A DNA stretch of 64,000 nucleotides, taken from contig CT868108.1 of assembly GCA_000165425.1 (NCBI GenBank), forward strand, positions 496,001 through 560,000. Direction: 5' to 3'. Source of the DNA: Paramecium tetraurelia. Its lineage: Eukaryota. The stretch's first letter is position 1. Each line of letters starts with the position of its first letter. The translations under genes and the position numbers were made by a program. The notes beneath the pieces are model-generated. The model worked only from the letters and a program-made list of their open reading frames with translations, had not been told where the DNA came from and searched no databases. Below, in pieces: positions 63,360 to 64,000 of this stretch.

Positions 63360-64000
63360 TTTTATATCAGATAGTTTATTATTAAACTTGCAAAATGATT
63401 GTTTCTTCAATTACGGAGGTTTGTAGTAACCATGTTATTTTGCAGCTCGTGGCATATAAATACAATACTAATTATTGACTGGTTAGCATAGTTTAAGTAA
63501 GTCTAGCTGTGTAAATAAGAGTATTAATGGCACCATAACAGTTATGAGTGAAATTCATATATCTTTTACTTTAACAAGTGTTGCACTTATTGAATTAACT
63601 AACATACTTTTTATTTTTAAAACATTTCGCATACACTTAAATGTTTATTACTACCTGAGAAGCGGTCAATTTAAGATCGTACTAGCCCAATGTATCATAA
63701 ACCAAATTTAGCTCAGGTACTGAAATTTATATTGTTGGTCTGGTACTGGCTTATAAATCCTTTATTTAGGTTATTCTAATAGTAGTGCATTCTGCAGGCA
63801 GAGGGTCATTAATTATCCAAAGTACCAAATGAGTATTATTCAAGTAATAAGTATTACCCTAAGAATCAGATGTATATGAAATATCTGTTGATGTTTGAGT
63901 TTGTGTATGTTTAATAGTTACGTTTTCTGTATCTGGGATATGCCAAAAGCCTTGGAAGGGCATAATGAAAAAGGACTTTGGTTAGAGTGCATAAGAAGGA
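63360..64000 (-). CDS. 3' part of a hypothetical protein (runs off the window end; stop uncertain)
   Basis: Open code-6 frame FQGFWHIPDTENVTIK...LVLWIINDPLPAECTTIRI...LTASQ, followed by a probable intron. Confidence 0.45.

Noticed and set aside
63640..64000. Alpha carbonic anhydrase-like C-terminus (LWII..P...RP.IQ)
   Set aside because: The similarity is too weak and no Zn-binding His triad is visible within the window.
1..64000. tRNA/rRNA genes, telomeric G3T3/G4T2 tracts, transposases, retained IESs, CRISPR arrays
   Set aside because: None were recognisable by eye. tRNAscan-SE/Infernal and a MIC-versus-MAC comparison would be needed to exclude them formally.

Overview
This is AT-rich, very gene-dense eukaryotic DNA using the ciliate nuclear genetic code (TAA/TAG = Gln, TGA the only stop) with 19-31 nt GT..AG introns. 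That pattern best fits a Paramecium-type somatic (macronuclear) chromosome; the taxon is inferred, not proven. The supplied ORF track is fragmented because it treats TAA/TAG as stops, so I re-read the genes by hand in code 6. About 33 protein-coding genes are supported. Recognisable ones: 3' end of a SOS1-like Na+/H+ exchanger, leishmanolysin (M8), full ABCB/MDR transporter, ANTH protein, VPS9 protein, otubain-like DUB, IleRS, SPF45/RBM17, PH-(START)-OSBP lipid-transfer protein, short CNOT11, importin-alpha-like, TM RING-H2, LRR protein, USP39, STT3, CCDC103, BAH-PHD reader, dual-specificity phosphatase and an MRH/ATG27-like receptor. The most interesting uncharacterised candidates are a convergent pair of 2-TM channel-like paralogs, a Cache-HAMP-TPR-vWA membrane sensor, a secreted 3xSPRY/beta-gamma-crystallin protein, an HTH protein and an 81-aa protein with PP1-docking-like motifs. 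A ~5 kb gene-poor, degenerate interval lies at 31-36 kb. I saw no RNA genes, telomeric repeats or transposons. Coordinates come from manual reading, and some gene ends are approximate.
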